In this document: positions 22,460 through 35,155 of the stretch, one piece after another | How positions within the stretch are numbered: the stretch's first letter is position 1 | Layout: every line of letters starts with the position of its first letter | Origin: Octopus sinensis | Lineage: Eukaryota | DNA: 64,000 bases | Direction: 5' to 3' | NCBI RefSeq assembly: GCF_006345805.1 | Contig: NC_043009.1 | Location: 59,830,001 to 59,894,000, forward strand | The notes under the pieces: generated by a model | Databases searched by the model: none | What the model was told of the DNA's origin: nothing | Seen by the model: the letters and a program-made list of their open reading frames with translations, nothing else | Translations under genes and position numbers: made by a program

Positions 22460-24616
22460 CAGTGGTTTTTACGTGGCACCAGCACCAGTGGTTTTTATGT
22501 GGCACCAGAACCAGTGGTTTTTATGTGGCACCAGAACCAGTGGTTTTTATGTGGCACCATCACCAGTGGTTTTTATGTGGCACCAGAACCAGTGGTTTTT
22601 ATGTGGCACCAGAACCAGTGGTTTTTATGTGGCACCAGAACCAGTGGTTTTTATGTGGCACCAGAACCAGTGGTTTTTATGTGGCACCAGAACCAGTGGT
22701 TTTTATGTGGCACCAGAACCAGTGCTTTTTATGTGGCACCAGAACCAGTGCTTTTTATGTGGCACCAGCACCAGTGGTTTTTATGTGGCACCAGAACCAG
22801 TGGTTTTTATGTGACACCAGCACCAGTGGTTTTTATGTGACACCAGAACCAGTGGTTTTTATGTGGCACCAGAACCAGTGGTTTTTATGTGGCACCAGAA
22901 CCAGTGGTTTTTATGTGGCACCAGAACCAGTGGTTTTTATGTGGCACCAGAACCAGTGGTTTTTATGTGGCACCAGAACCAGTGGTTTTTATGTGGCACC
23001 AGAACCAGTGGTTTTTATGTGGCACCAGAACCAGTGCTTTTTATGTGGCACCAGAACCAGTGGTTTTTATGTGGCACCAGAACCAGTGGTTTTTATGTGG
23101 CACCAGAACCAGTGGTTTTTATGTGGCACCAGAACCAGTGCTTTTTATGTGGCACCAGAACCAGTGGTTTTTATGTGACACCAGAACCAGTGGTTTTTAT
23201 GTGGCACCATCACCAGTGGTTTTTATGTGGCACCAGAACCAGTGGTTTTTATGTGGCACCAGAACCAGTGGTTTTTATGTGGCACCAGAACCAGTGGTTT
23301 TTATGTGGCACCAGAACCAGTGGTTTTTATGTGGCACCAGAACCAGTGGTTTTTATGTGGCACCAGAACCAGTGCTTTTTATGTGGCACCAGAACCAGTG
23401 CTTTTTATGTGGCACCAGCACCAGTGGTTTTTTGTGGCACCAGAACCAGTGGTTTTTATGTGACACCAGCACCAGTGGTTTTTATGTGACACCAGAACCA
23501 GTGGTTTTTATGTGGCACCAGAACCAGTGGTTTTTATGTGGCACCAGAACCAGTGGTTTTTATGTGGCACCAGAACCAGTGGTTTTTTGTGGCACCAGAA
23601 CCAGTGGTTTTTATGTGGCACCAGAACCAGTGGTTTTTATGTGGCACCAGAACCAGTGGTTTTTATGTGGCACCAGAACCAGTGCTTTTTATGTGGCACC
23701 AGAACCAGTGGTTTTTATGTGGCACCAGAACCAGTGGTTTTTATGTGGCACCAGAACCAGTGGTTTTTATGTGGCACCAGAACCAGTGCTTTTTATGTGG
23801 CACCAGAACCAGTGGTTTTTATGTGACACCAGAACCAGTGGTTTTTATGTGGCACCAGAACCAGTGGTTTTTACGTGGCACCAGAACCAGTGGTTTTTAT
23901 GTGACACCAGCACCAGTGGTTTTTATGTGGCACCAGAACCAGTGGTTTTTATGTGACACCAGAACCAGTGGTTTTTATGTGGCACCAGAACCAGTGGTTT
24001 TTACGTGGCACCAGAACCAGTGGTTTTTATGTGGCACCAGAACCAGTGGTTTTTATGTGACACCAGAACCAGTGGTTTTTATGTGACACCAGAACCAGTG
24101 CTTTTTATGTGGCACCAGAACCAGTGGTTTTTATGTGACACCAGAACCAGTGGTTTTTATGTGGCACCAGAACCAGTGGTTTTTACGTGGCACCAGAACC
24201 AGTGGTTTTTATGTGACACCAGCACCAGTGGTTTTTATGTGGCACCAGAACCAGTGGTTTTTATGTGACACCAGAACCAGTGGTTTTTACGTGGCACCAG
24301 AACCAGTGCTTTTTATGTGGCACCAGAACCAGTGGTTTTTATGTGGCACCAGAACCAGTGGTTTTTATGTGACACCAGCACCAGTGGTTTTTATGTGGCA
24401 CCAGAACCAGTGGTTTTTATGTGGCACCAGAACCAGTGGTTTTTATGTGACACCAGCACCAGTGGTTTTTATGTGGCACCAGAACCAGTGGTTTTTATGT
24501 GGCACCAGCACCAGTGGTTTTTATGTGGCACCATCACCAGTGGTTTTTATGTGGCACCAGCACCAGTGGTTTTTACGTGGCACCAGCACCAGTGGTTTTT
24601 ACGTGGCACCAGCACC
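22460..24616. repeat. 26-bp minisatellite, consensus CAGTGGTTTTTATGTGGCACCAGAAC, about 83 units
   Basis: Direct reading. Variants include agcac/atcac, gtga, gtgctt and acg, plus two 25-bp units. Confidence 0.98.
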
Positions 24617-25143
24617 TGAAGGGACAAGCTTGTATGTGTGGAAGACGGCATTTAGCTCCTGAGCAAAGAAGTAAATAGTTGCATATAAAACTCAAGAATA
24701 TTGACTGCAGGCAAACTAATGGACAGAATCACAAAAGAGTCCAGGAGAACAACAACCACATGCCTTTCTCTCAACTACCATATTTCTAAGTAATTTCCTC
24801 AACTGCAAAGACTCTCCGCCTTGCTCGTTTACAAGTCAACGTGCTTGATTCATCACACACTCATTTCGTCACAAAATCCAGGGTGTGTTTTTTTCGATTA
24901 AAAACAGAAAGTAAACAACAGTAATGGGGTGGGGTGATGACACCATTAACAATGAGTCACACACTTGAATACAAATCTGCAACATGATCCTGTGTCTAAT
25001 TTTAGTATTTTATCTTCTGTCTCTACACGTGTTGTCCTTTACTGGTTTGGTGGCAACTTTGGCAAAGGATGGCATTCAAGCTGTTCCTACCATTATGGAA
25101 AGACAACATGGCAGGGTTGAAAATAACCACAGAATATTTACAA

Positions 25144-25526
25144 CTAGCAGTATCGCCCGGCACTGCTCGGGTTTGTTTCAACCTTTTAGAATTGGAATTA
25201 TTGAAAAGTAAAAATTTTGCATTATGTAGCTTGTTATTCTCTTTAAGTGAACATTTTCCTGGTTGAAATACACCGAAAAATGGCGACACAGCAGTAAAAA
25301 AAAATTGTAAAAAATAGGGATTTTCATAGAAAAAAAGTACCTTTTTGATGTAAATAATTTTTGGTCCGATTTGAATTTTTTCTTCTATGGAAGGAAGAGC
25401 AAGCCTTCTTCTATCATACTCTCAATTTTGGTCAACTTGCACCGCAGGGTCCCAGGGGAGATAGTGTTAGTTGAAGGCTACCAAACCTGCCATACACAGA
25501 CAACTTCAGCTTTATATAGAGAGAGA
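25144..25526 (-). mobile_element. Non-autonomous Helitron
   Basis: A|TC ... CTAG|T termini on the minus strand with CCCG..CGGG hairpin; 3' end shared with 8987-9483. Confidence 0.75.
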
Positions 25527-26420
25527 TTACTCAGTATTCAGAGGAAAAGTTGTATTGTGAAGTTTAATTTGACTAAGATCGAAGTGTAACTGAATAGCTT
25601 ATTCAACCAATGCATGTATGCTTACCAACTGAACCCAAAAGGGTTCAGTCCCACTGCATGGCACCTTGGACAAGTGTCTTTTACTATAGCTTGGGCTGAC
25701 TAAACTCTTGCGGGTGGATTTGGTAAGGGGAAACTGAAAGAAGCCCGCCGTATATATATATATATATATATATTTGTATGTGTGTGCATATAGATATGTG
25801 TGTGTGCATGTATATGAGTCTGTGTGTGTGTGTGAATGTATGTATTATATGTGTGTAGGCGCATACATGCTTTCTGTCTAACATATTCACTCACAAGGCA
25901 ATTGATTTATTTAGGTTTATAGTAGAAGACACGTTTTCAAAGCGCTGAACAATTGGACCGAACCCGAAACCATGTGGTTGTAAAGCAATTTTCCTTAATC
26001 ACACAGTCATCCATGCCTGTGCCTCTATTGTCAGTTCACTAACAAAGGTTCTCATATCTCAATGAAATTCCACCAAAACAAGTTTTATTACTACTGCAGT
26101 TGCTTGTGTTAATACTAGTTTTGGTGGTCTTAGTAGCAATATGTTAATTGCACAACAATCCATCCACAAATATCCTTGACTTTCTCTCTTTAGAATTTCT
26201 GTGTGAACAAGTCAGTAGTATTTGCTTGGCAAGTTTTTTTTTTTTTTTTTTTGTTAATTTGAAATCTCTTATATGTCACAGATATATATAACTGTAAGAA
26301 GAAAAATATGAAAACTATTTGTGTCAAAGAGATACAATTGTAGATAGTTTAAATTTGAAAACCTTGTGTAATAAATCGGTATAGAGTTATTAAACCTCTA
26401 TACCATATTCATATATATTA

Positions 26421-27033
26421 TCTGGTCATCCCATAAGTTCTGTACGATTTTACCTTTTCTTAAAATTGAATGAAATTTAATAGTATTTTAGAATGTCTAA
26501 TGGAATTAAATATTATTTTACAGAATAATAGAATTAACATTTCTTTGATTAAAACCCTTTCTAACATGGAAGTACCTAAAGAGCATTTGAGGCATATAAT
26601 ATTTTATGAGTACAAAAAAGGAAACTCTGCAGCTGAAGCGACTCAAAATATACACTCAGTTTATGGGGGGAAATGCTTGAATGAAAGAACTTGCAGAAGA
26701 TGGTTTGCAAAATTCAGAAGTGGAGATTTCAGCCTTGAAGATGAAGATCAAGCAGGACGTCCAGTTGAGTTTGATGATAAGTTCCTTGAGGCATTACTTG
26801 AAGAAAATCCTGCATTATCAGTTGAAGAATTGGGAATAAAGCTTAGTTCAAACCATACAACTGTTCATTGTCATCTTCAACAACTTGGAAAGGTTTCTAA
26901 ACTTGGAAAATGGGTGCCTCATGAATTGTCTGAAAGCAACCGCAAACCCCGAGTTGACATCTGCTCTTCTCTCCATTCTCGCAAATTCCTTTCACCCTTT
27001 TTGGATAGACTTGTGACTGGTGATGAAAAATGG
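26421..27033 (+). mobile_element. Truncated mariner (Mos1/SETMAR-like) transposon; transposase 5' part from ATG 26566
   Basis: EHLRHIIFYEYKKGNSAAEA...RRWFAKFRSGDFSLEDE...GRP...GKWVPHEL...FLDRLVTGDEKW: HTH domains, WVPHEL linker and first catalytic D. Breaks into SINE sequence after DEKW. TA precedes the TIR-like tctggtcatcccataag. Confidence 0.92.
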
Positions 27034-27499
27034 GGTAGTTCACTTTGCAACCATGTAGCTTCAGGTTTGGTCCCACTGCATGGCACCATGGGCAAGTGTC
27101 TTTGATTATAGCTCAGGTTGATCAAAGCCTTGCAAGCAAACCGAATTTAGTTGATGGAAACTGTACAGAAGCCCATCATATATCATCATTATCATCATCA
27201 TTTAACATCCGTTGTCCATGCTGGCATGGGTTGGACGGTTTGACTGGTTCAGGCATGCTGGTAGGCTGTGCCAGGATCCAGTCTGATTTGGCATGGTTTT
27301 CTATGGCTGGATGCCCTTCCTAACGCCAACCACTCTGAGAGTGTAATGGGTACTATTACATGCTACCAGTATCTCTGTAGCAGAATGCAATAAAGTGCTC
27401 CCCCTGATGATTCTCTGCAGTTAGGCATTCAAAGGCATTTGGAACATCCAATGCTCAGTTACAAATATATATATGTATATATATATATTGGGTCAGGTC

Positions 27500-27825
27500 G
27501 GGACCCCCTTCGGTCACGACACTGACCATGGAATTGCTCCTAGAAAGTTACCCTCGTAGTCACAAGTCTGGGCAAGGTTGTTTATGGAAGACCAGCAGTC
27601 GCCCATGCATACCGGCCTCCGCTATCCATGCCACCAGTGTTATCCAAGGGAAAAGCAAAGGGGCTGATACAGCTTGGCACCTGTGATGTCGCAACTCATT
27701 TCTACAGCTGAGTGAACTGGAGCAACAGGAAATAAAGTGTCTTGCTCAAGAACACAACACGCAGCCCAGTCCGGGATTCGAGCTCACAACCTCACGATCG
27801 TAAGCTCGACGCTCTAACCACTGAA
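27500..27825 (-). mobile_element. CORE-type tRNA SINE with a distinct tail (related fragment 19720-19900)
   Basis: Reverse tRNA head (cgctctaaccactga, ccgggattcgagctc) and CORE-like gtgtcttgctcaagaacac. Confidence 0.65.
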
Positions 27826-27835
27826 GTGAAGGCGC

Positions 27836-27867
<32 letters not shown>

Positions 27868-27884
27868 TATATATTCACACACAC

Positions 27885-27928
<44 letters not shown>

Positions 27929-28714
27929 TATATATACGCATGCATACATATGTATGTGTGTGCGTCTTTGTTGTGTTTGTCCTCTATTCGACTGCTTGTC
28001 AACCAGTATTGGTTTGTTTATGTCCCTACAACCTAGTGGTTCAGCAAAAAAGAAAACAATGGAAAGTAAATACAAGATTTTTAAAAAATAAGTCCTGGTG
28101 GGTGATTTGATTGACTACTACCACTTAAGGTATTTATTTCTTTTTTGCCCACAGAGGGGACAAACAAGGACAGACAAAGGGATTAAGCCAATTACATCGA
28201 CACACGACTGGTACTTTATTTATCAAACTCAAAAGGATGAAAGGTAAAGTTGACCTCGGTGGAATTTGAACTCGGAATGTTACAGCAAATGAAATACTAC
28301 TAAACAGTTCGCCTGGTGTGCTAACGATTCTGCCAGCTCACTGCCCATTTAAGGTATTGCCCCAGTGTGGCTGCAATCCAATAACTGAAACGAGGAACTG
28401 GTAAAAGATAAACTTGAAACATTGAATTCTGTAGTCCTAGATACATTGTGTCTGAAAAAATGCTGAGACGGACATGGTTGGAATGTCTGTAATTGGAAGG
28501 TGTGTTTAACCCCTTGATGCCGGTATTACCCAAAGCATGTGAGACACTGCTCCGGGTTTTTTTTTATCTAATGAGGCCACACAAACACACAAGTGCTAAC
28601 GAACTTGCGTCTATTTACGTTCACCGTTACAATAACATAGCATCATGCATTTACGTCTACCGGTTTATGAAAATGAACCATGTGAAGCTATTTATCATAC
28701 ACGACCTTGAACTT

Positions 28715-29330
28715 TAGGTCTCACCGAGGAAATGACTTGTGACCGAGACCTTTGGAAGTATGCTGTGCGTGAGAAGACCCGGCAGGACAAGTGAGGCCAT
28801 AATCCCGTGGCCTCTACCTGGGATGTAGCCAGCCCACTTATGCATTCCTTTCCTTCTTGGGACACAAAACTCCACTTGTGAAGACCTGTTGAGGCAAGTG
28901 AAAGTCAAAATCGCAATCGATCAACATCAATAGAATTTGTAGCTGTGATACCAGTGCCGATGGCACGTAAGAGAACCATCTGAAAGTGGCCGTAGCCAGC
29001 GCCGCCCTGACTGGCCTCCGTGCCGGTGGCACATAAAAAGCACCATCCGATCGTGGCCGTTTGCCAGCTTCGTCTGGTTTCCGTGCTGGTGGCACGTAAA
29101 AAGCACCATCCGATCGTGGCCATTTGCCAGCCTCGTCTGACACCTGTGCCGGTGGCATGTAAAAAGCACTCACTACACTCACGGAGTGGTTGGCGTTAGG
29201 AAGGGCATCCAGCCGTAGAAACATTTCCAGATTAGACTGGGCCTGGTGCAGCCTTCTGGCTTCCCAGACCCCAGTTAAACCGTCTAACCCATGCTAGCAT
29301 GGAAAGCCAACACTAAACGATGATGATGAT
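28715..29330 (+). mobile_element. RTE LINE 3' end: ORF terminus plus full 3' UTR with tandem units
   Basis: LGLTEEMTCDRDLWKYAVREKTRQDK*, followed by a 3' UTR with repeated gtggcac.taaaaagcacc units and a (gat)n tail. Confidence 0.85.
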
Positions 29331-29399
29331 ATGCACGAGTTATTCTGCTCAAGTTAAAAAAAATAGCTTGCGTGTGGTACAACTCAAAACACGGTATTA

Positions 29400-30204
29400 T
29401 GCATATAAAGTATCCGCATGTCATTGGTCTACTGCTAGTGTCATGGCTTGAACGTAACCTAAAATAGTTAAGATAATGCAAAGGAACGGCGAGCGCACGC
29501 ACCTCTAGAGATAAAGTACACAATAGCAAACATAAACATACGTCAGCCGCTGAAAAGCCCATGATATATGTAGGGCAGCTCTACATCGTATATTTACGTT
29601 AACCGTGGGTAGGCAAGCAAAAGTGTGATCGCATATTTGCATCAACCGTTGCCAAGGGGTTAAATACACAGAACGAGCTTGATAAATTTCAGGCAGGACA
29701 TTATAGAATGATTGGAGAAGCAGAAGTAATCTAAATTTTAACGATATGTCAAAAAATATTAAGGTTCTGTCACATAAGAAATGCATTAAAACAAAGGTGT
29801 TGGGCGCGATGACGAGCGTAAATTCACTGATGGAGGACCGAAGCGCAAACGCAGAACTTGTAATTGATTTGAAGACATTTTGAATTATGATGCTTTTTCG
29901 CTGGAGACCGTTACTTTTATACCTCCTGTACCAATGCATATGCATGTAAAGTATCCACATGTTATTGGTCGACTGCTAGTCTCATGACTTGAACGTAACC
30001 TAAAATAGCTAAGATAATGCAAAGGAACGGTGAGCGCATGCACCTCAAGAGATAAAGTACACAATAGCGAACGTAAACATATGTCAGCCGCTAAAACGTC
30101 CGTGATAGATGTAGGGCAGCTCTACATCGTATATTTACGTTAACCGTGGGTAGGCAAGCAAAAGTGTGATCGCATATTTGTGTCAACCATTGTGAAGGGG
30201 TTAA
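29400..30204. repeat. Pair of ~264-bp direct repeats (29400-29663 and 29941-30204), each ending GGGG-TTAA
   Basis: Direct comparison, e.g. gggcagctctacatcgtatatttacgttaaccgtgggtaggcaagcaaaagtgtgatcgcatatttg is identical in both copies. Confidence 0.9.
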
Positions 30205-30417
30205 AGCTGACACAGAGCTATACAGCAACAACAACAACAAAAACACATATGATGACTTTGTGCCTTTTTATTTTCTTTGCAGGTTGTCACTGCAAAGCTG
30301 TCATCTCATCTTAAAGTCCATAATACCAAACGACCAAGTCTAACCAATGTCTCTAAGCCTGATCCTTCACACAATCCAAACCAGACTCACCCACTGCAGC
30401 ACAGCTCCATTGTTGCC

Positions 30418-30580
30418 ATGGTTACACAGATCGGTCATTCTTTAGCTGGGGGAAATGATGCCAGCCTCCGAGACTTCTATATCGGCCTCACTCTTGCCAT
30501 TTCTTCAAGTCTCTTCATTGGAAGCAGCTTCATCTTCAAGAAACTTGGACTGCTGCGTCTTGCCACTCATGCCAGAGCAG
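30418..30580 (+). CDS. NIPA2: NIPA-family magnesium transporter, first identified coding exon (exon starts at acceptor 30283; ATG at 30418)
   Basis: Encodes MVTQ...[37 protein letters not shown], matching the NIPA2 N-terminal motif DFYIGL.LA.SSS.FIG.SFI.KK.GLLRL. Acceptor ttttctttgcag precedes 30283; donor gcag|gtgaga; ends in phase 1. Confidence 0.92.
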
Positions 30581-31759
30581 GTGAGATACCTTGACTTTTA
30601 TCCGTTACAAATTCTTGTGTTAGAGGACATTATTATTGATTGTGGATTCGGGGACAGATTGGATGTGTTTGTTTGTTTGTGTTTCCCTATGTTTTATTTT
30701 TATTGTGGAGATTGATGTGTGATAAGAAGCTTGCTTCTCAACTACACGGTTCCGGGTTCAGTCCCACTATATGGCAACTTTTACTCATGCCGACCAAAAC
30801 CTTGTGATTAGATTTGGTCGATGGAAACTGAAAGAGATACATTTTGTAATCACCTGAAGAGACACATCTACACCAATGGATACTCCTAAACCAGTTGTTA
30901 AGTATCCCACCTGTGAGGGATTGATGCTTGATGGGTCAAAACAATTCTGGTGATTCTTGTACCTTCCATCTTCTGTCTCTCTCGTTAATCATGTGTGTGT
31001 GTGTGTATATAATGACACCAGGTAGCCTAAACTGTGAACATGCTTTACTCAACACACTAATTGACATATACCCATTAGTCCAAAATACACATATCAAAAG
31101 GATGTTATAATAATATTCCACACATTCAAAAACAGCCATACCAACAATCCAACATACCGCCATCATCAGCTGCCCCACGGATATCATTATGGTTTTGACA
31201 CCTGGGCAGTACCATTCAATCTGGTGGTATCAACAGCACTAAAATAAGTGTTGTTTGGGAATAAGCATACCAAAGAAACCACAACTTTCAAACACATTTA
31301 CTCTATGTATAACAGTATCTGTAAATAAATTCAATAAGTAAATCAATAACCAATATGTGTATATATGTGTGTATATATAATATCTATCTATCTATCCATC
31401 CATCTATCCCTCCCTCCCTGTAGATATATGTATACCTATGTGTGTCTTGGTACCGTGTTTGTCTCCCACCCACCACTTGACAAGTGCCATAACCTAGCAC
31501 TTCAGCAAAATAGACCAATCGTGTTTGTACCAGGCCCTAAAAAAAGTACTGAGGTCAATTCATTCAACTAAAATCCTTCAAGGCGTTGCCCCAGCATGGC
31601 TGCAGTCTCACAACTAAAACAAATTAAAAAATACAACATGCCACAAATATAGATTTTACATACATATATATATATAATACATTTCTAAATATCTCAGAGC
31701 AATATATGCAGTAGTGGTATGATAGAGTAGTTGTATACTGTCAACGTGATGTGACAGTC

Positions 31760-32049
31760 CCATGAAGAGAATCACACTACTGCTATTTAGCCCTAGGAAG
31801 CAGCAACACTTCCTGTCGGCCTTTACACATTTCCTGTGTCCTTATGTTTACAAGGGGGAGATAAGCACCTCCACCCAGCTAAGCCTGCAACCAGAAACTA
31901 ATTTCTGAGTCTTTGCTTGTCACCCCCCCCACCCGCTTGCCAGAGCCTCGTTTTCACTCAATAAACACTCACAACGCCTGGTCTGGGAATTGAAACCGCA
32001 ATCCTACAACCACTAGTCCGCTACCGTAACCACTGGGCCATTGCACCTC

Positions 32050-32051
<2 letters not shown>
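31760..32051 (-). mobile_element. tRNA-derived SINE (head related to 62892-63197)
   Basis: caataaacactcacaacgcc.ggtctggga..gaaaccg...aaccactgggccattgcacctcc. Confidence 0.6.
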
Positions 32052-32086
<35 letters not shown>

Positions 32087-32277
32087 TTAAATGGGCAGGC
32101 AAGCAGGGAACCTCAGAAAAAGTGAGACAGACAGACAAAGCAAGCAAAAGACGGAAAGAAAATTAGAGAAAGGCATACACGCACACATACTCACATACAT
32201 ACACACACACACAAGCAGATCCAATATTTTGTACCATTTGTCGTAAAGCAAGCTGTAAATATCTTTTGTCATTTCAG

Positions 32278-32334
32278 GTCAGGGCGGATATGGTTACCTA
32301 CGAGAATGGCTTTGGTGGGCTGGCATGACGCTGA
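32278..32334 (+). CDS. NIPA2: NIPA-family transporter, coding exon 2 (57 nt)
   Basis: atttcag|GTCAGGGC...CTGA|gtaagt encodes (G)QGGYGYLREWLWWAGMTL, matching NIPA2 GQGGHAYLKEWLWWAGLL. Phase 1 to phase 1. Confidence 0.95.
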
Positions 32335-32601
32335 GTAAGTACTTTTAGGGTTCTTCTTATCACCCCAGTCTATATGAGGGTAGCTTTGACACCAGATGCT
32401 CCTAAAGTTTTCATTTCATACATTGGCCACCCTCATATTCCATCCTACACACTAATAAGATATTAAGCAAGAAAGCTTTAGTATTCATATTTAAAGATCA
32501 AAGGTCCCTTCTACAACACTGAGTAAATATCCTTTGTCTATATGAGGATATTTATGGTACTGAGTAAAATGCCCTCTAATATTCTTAAATAGCTGTTATT
32601 T

Positions 32602-32836
32602 AGGCGGCGAGCTGGCAGAAACGTTAGCACGCCGAGCGAAATGCTTGACGGTATTTCGTCTGCCGTTACGTTCTGAGTTCAAATTCCACTGAGGTTGACT
32701 TTGTCTTTTATCCTTTCAGGGTCGATAAATTAAGTACCAGTTATGCACTGGGGTTGATATTATCGACTTGATCCCTTTGTCTGTCCTTGTTTGTCCCCTC
32801 TATGTTTAGCCCCTTGAGGGCAGTAAAGAAATAAAT
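32602..32836 (+). mobile_element. Second-family tRNA SINE (full length), NIPA intron
   Basis: ggcggcgagctggcagaaacgttagc...gagttcaaattcc...gtaaagaaat. Confidence 0.8.
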
Positions 32837-33264
32837 AGGTGTTATTGGTAGCTATCCTTATATAGAATATTGTATGAGGAGAGTCAAAAAGTAATGCTAT
32901 TTTGTTTAGGACAGGTATAATTACCAACACTGGAATATGTATCATACATCAAAATGAAGCTGGTCCTCTGTGGATCACATCCCTACTTCTCAACATAGTC
33001 ACCGCTTCTCTCAATAGCGTTGTTCCACCTTCGAATGAAAGCATGTATCCCTGCCCCGAAATTGTTTTGCTCAAGAACAGAACACATCGCCCAGTCCAGG
33101 AATTGAAACCACAATCTTACAATCATGAAGTCCAACACCCTTACTACAAAGCCATGCTCCTCCAGCAATGATGGTGGCCACTTTTATATTGGACTGGATG
33201 GCAATTATTGTGTCCTGATGTCATTATAAGCAGCTATTCTGCTATAAACTATTTTGGTGGTCAC

Positions 33265-33570
33265 CTGTACTGGTGGCACGTAAAAAGCACCATCCGAATG
33301 TGGCCGATGCCAGCACTGCCTTGACTGGCTTCCGTGCCGGTGGCACGTAAAAAGCCCCAACCGATTGTGGCCATTTCCAGCCCAGTCTGGCACCTGTGCT
33401 GGTGGCATGTAAAAAGCACCCACTACACTCACGGAGTGGTTGGCATTAGGAAGGGCATCCAGCTGTAGAAACATTGCCAGATTAGACTGGAGCTTGGTGC
33501 GGTCTCCTGGCTTTCCAGACCCCAGTCAAACCGTCCAACCCATGCTAGCATGGAAAACGACGATGATGAT
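33265..33570 (+). mobile_element. RTE 3' UTR/tail, NIPA intron
   Basis: Family motifs and a (gat)n tail. Confidence 0.75.
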
Positions 33571-34886
33571 GGTGATTGTACCATGATATAAACTAGAAGT
33601 GGCAACAATGCACAAGAACAGTTATACAAGACTTGTCTCCTGTAGCTGCTGTTCTCTTTTGACTTGTCATTTTAAAAAGCTACTTTGATATCGGCTGGAA
33701 TGGTTGTCATTATTACTCTATATGGTGTGAAGTTGCTATCGTGTTAGAGGATGGGTTGGCTGTTGTTGACCTTAGATATCTATAATAAAGGATGTCCTGG
33801 TATTGAGTAGGGTGGTTACTTTTGTTTCCTGTTGTTATTCTGCCTGGATATAGGTCAATTTAGTATTGTAATTCTTGCAGCCAATTTTCTTTCAAATCAG
33901 ACCAAAAACACACACACACACATTATTTTCTTCAAAAAGAATTCATAGTTGTTACGTTTATGTATTTGTGTAGCTGAAAAGCTAAAAAGAACGCTGATGC
34001 GATCACAGGAGTGTGACGAAAGAACTCTGGCCGAAATAAGATTAAGATTAATGTAAAAAAAATAAATAACGCTGAAGCAAAGTAACACCAAATATATAGT
34101 GCGTGTGTTTTTATTGGCTAAACTGGTAAAATGACCATTCCTAAATACAACAATTCATAGTTGTGTTTTGTATGATAACGTAAAAGACTTGATGGTAACA
34201 GCTGGAGCCAGTTTGGACATTAGTCTGTTGGAGCAAAGCTCACCTGAGCAACTCTGTAACACAATGCTGTATATTATGCAATTATGTAAGTAATTATGTC
34301 TAGCTGTGTAATGTATTGTTCTTTTGGAAGAAATAAACTCAACTTAGTGAAGAACTCAATATGAAGTAGGAACAGCTGCAAAGTTGGACACAAACTCAGG
34401 GTTTTGTCTCACAGCTTGCTCTGTGTCGAAAGGAAAATCGAATAGAATTTGCCTTTGTAAAGAGGTGGTGGTGATGGTGGTGGTGTGGGGGTAGGTATTT
34501 GAAATAGTGTGGGGAATAGCGGTATTCAGTCGTGTTAGTGGTGTTGGAGAAATATAAAAACAATTAAACAATAATCCAAGGTGGTGCCCCAGTGTGACCA
34601 CATTTTCATGACTGAAACAAGTAAAAGATAAAAGAATAACAAAGAATATATTTTGTCTTTTCCTTGTTTCAGTCATTTGAATGTGGCCATACTGGAGTAC
34701 TGCTTTGAAGAGTTTTAGTTGAATTAATCTAATCCAGTAGTTTTTTTTATAATTAAAATTTTTTTTTTAAGAACTGGTATTATTCTGTCAGCCTTTTTTG
34801 CAGAACTGTTAAGTTAAAGGGATGTAAACAAAGCAACACCAGTTAAGTGGTAGTTGGAGACAAACACAGACATGCACACACAAATA

Positions 34887-34959
<73 letters not shown>

Positions 34960-34963
34960 ATAT

Positions 34964-35155
34964 ATTATAATTTAGGGTATCTAAGAGATACCACCACACT
35001 TGAAATAGCAGTCAAAACTTGACTCTAAAACCACATTAAAAGTTCATACAGCACCAGGAGAGAGGTGCTGTATGAACATTTAATGTGGTTTTAGAGTCAA
35101 GTTTTGGCTGCTATTTCCAGCATTGAGGTATCTCTTAGATACCCTAAATTATAAT
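34964..35155. repeat. Fold-back palindrome (~92-bp arms, 8-nt loop), NIPA intron
   Basis: attataatttagggtatctaagagatacc...catacagcacc aggagaga ggtgctgtatg...ggtatctcttagataccctaaattataat. Confidence 0.9.

Noticed and set aside
22460-24616. CRISPR-like array
   Set aside because: The units are contiguous with no unique spacers, there are no cas genes, and the context is eukaryotic.
22206-24662. Multiple long ORFs (up to 355 aa) on the + strand
   Set aside because: They are products of the stop-free 26-bp unit cycling through all frames (MWHQNQWFLCGTRTSGFYVAPEPVVF). No evidence of a real gene.
26194-26228. Possible small 5' UTR exon (polypyrimidine AG acceptor, GC-type donor)
   Set aside because: The donor is weak and non-canonical. 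Unsupported without transcripts.
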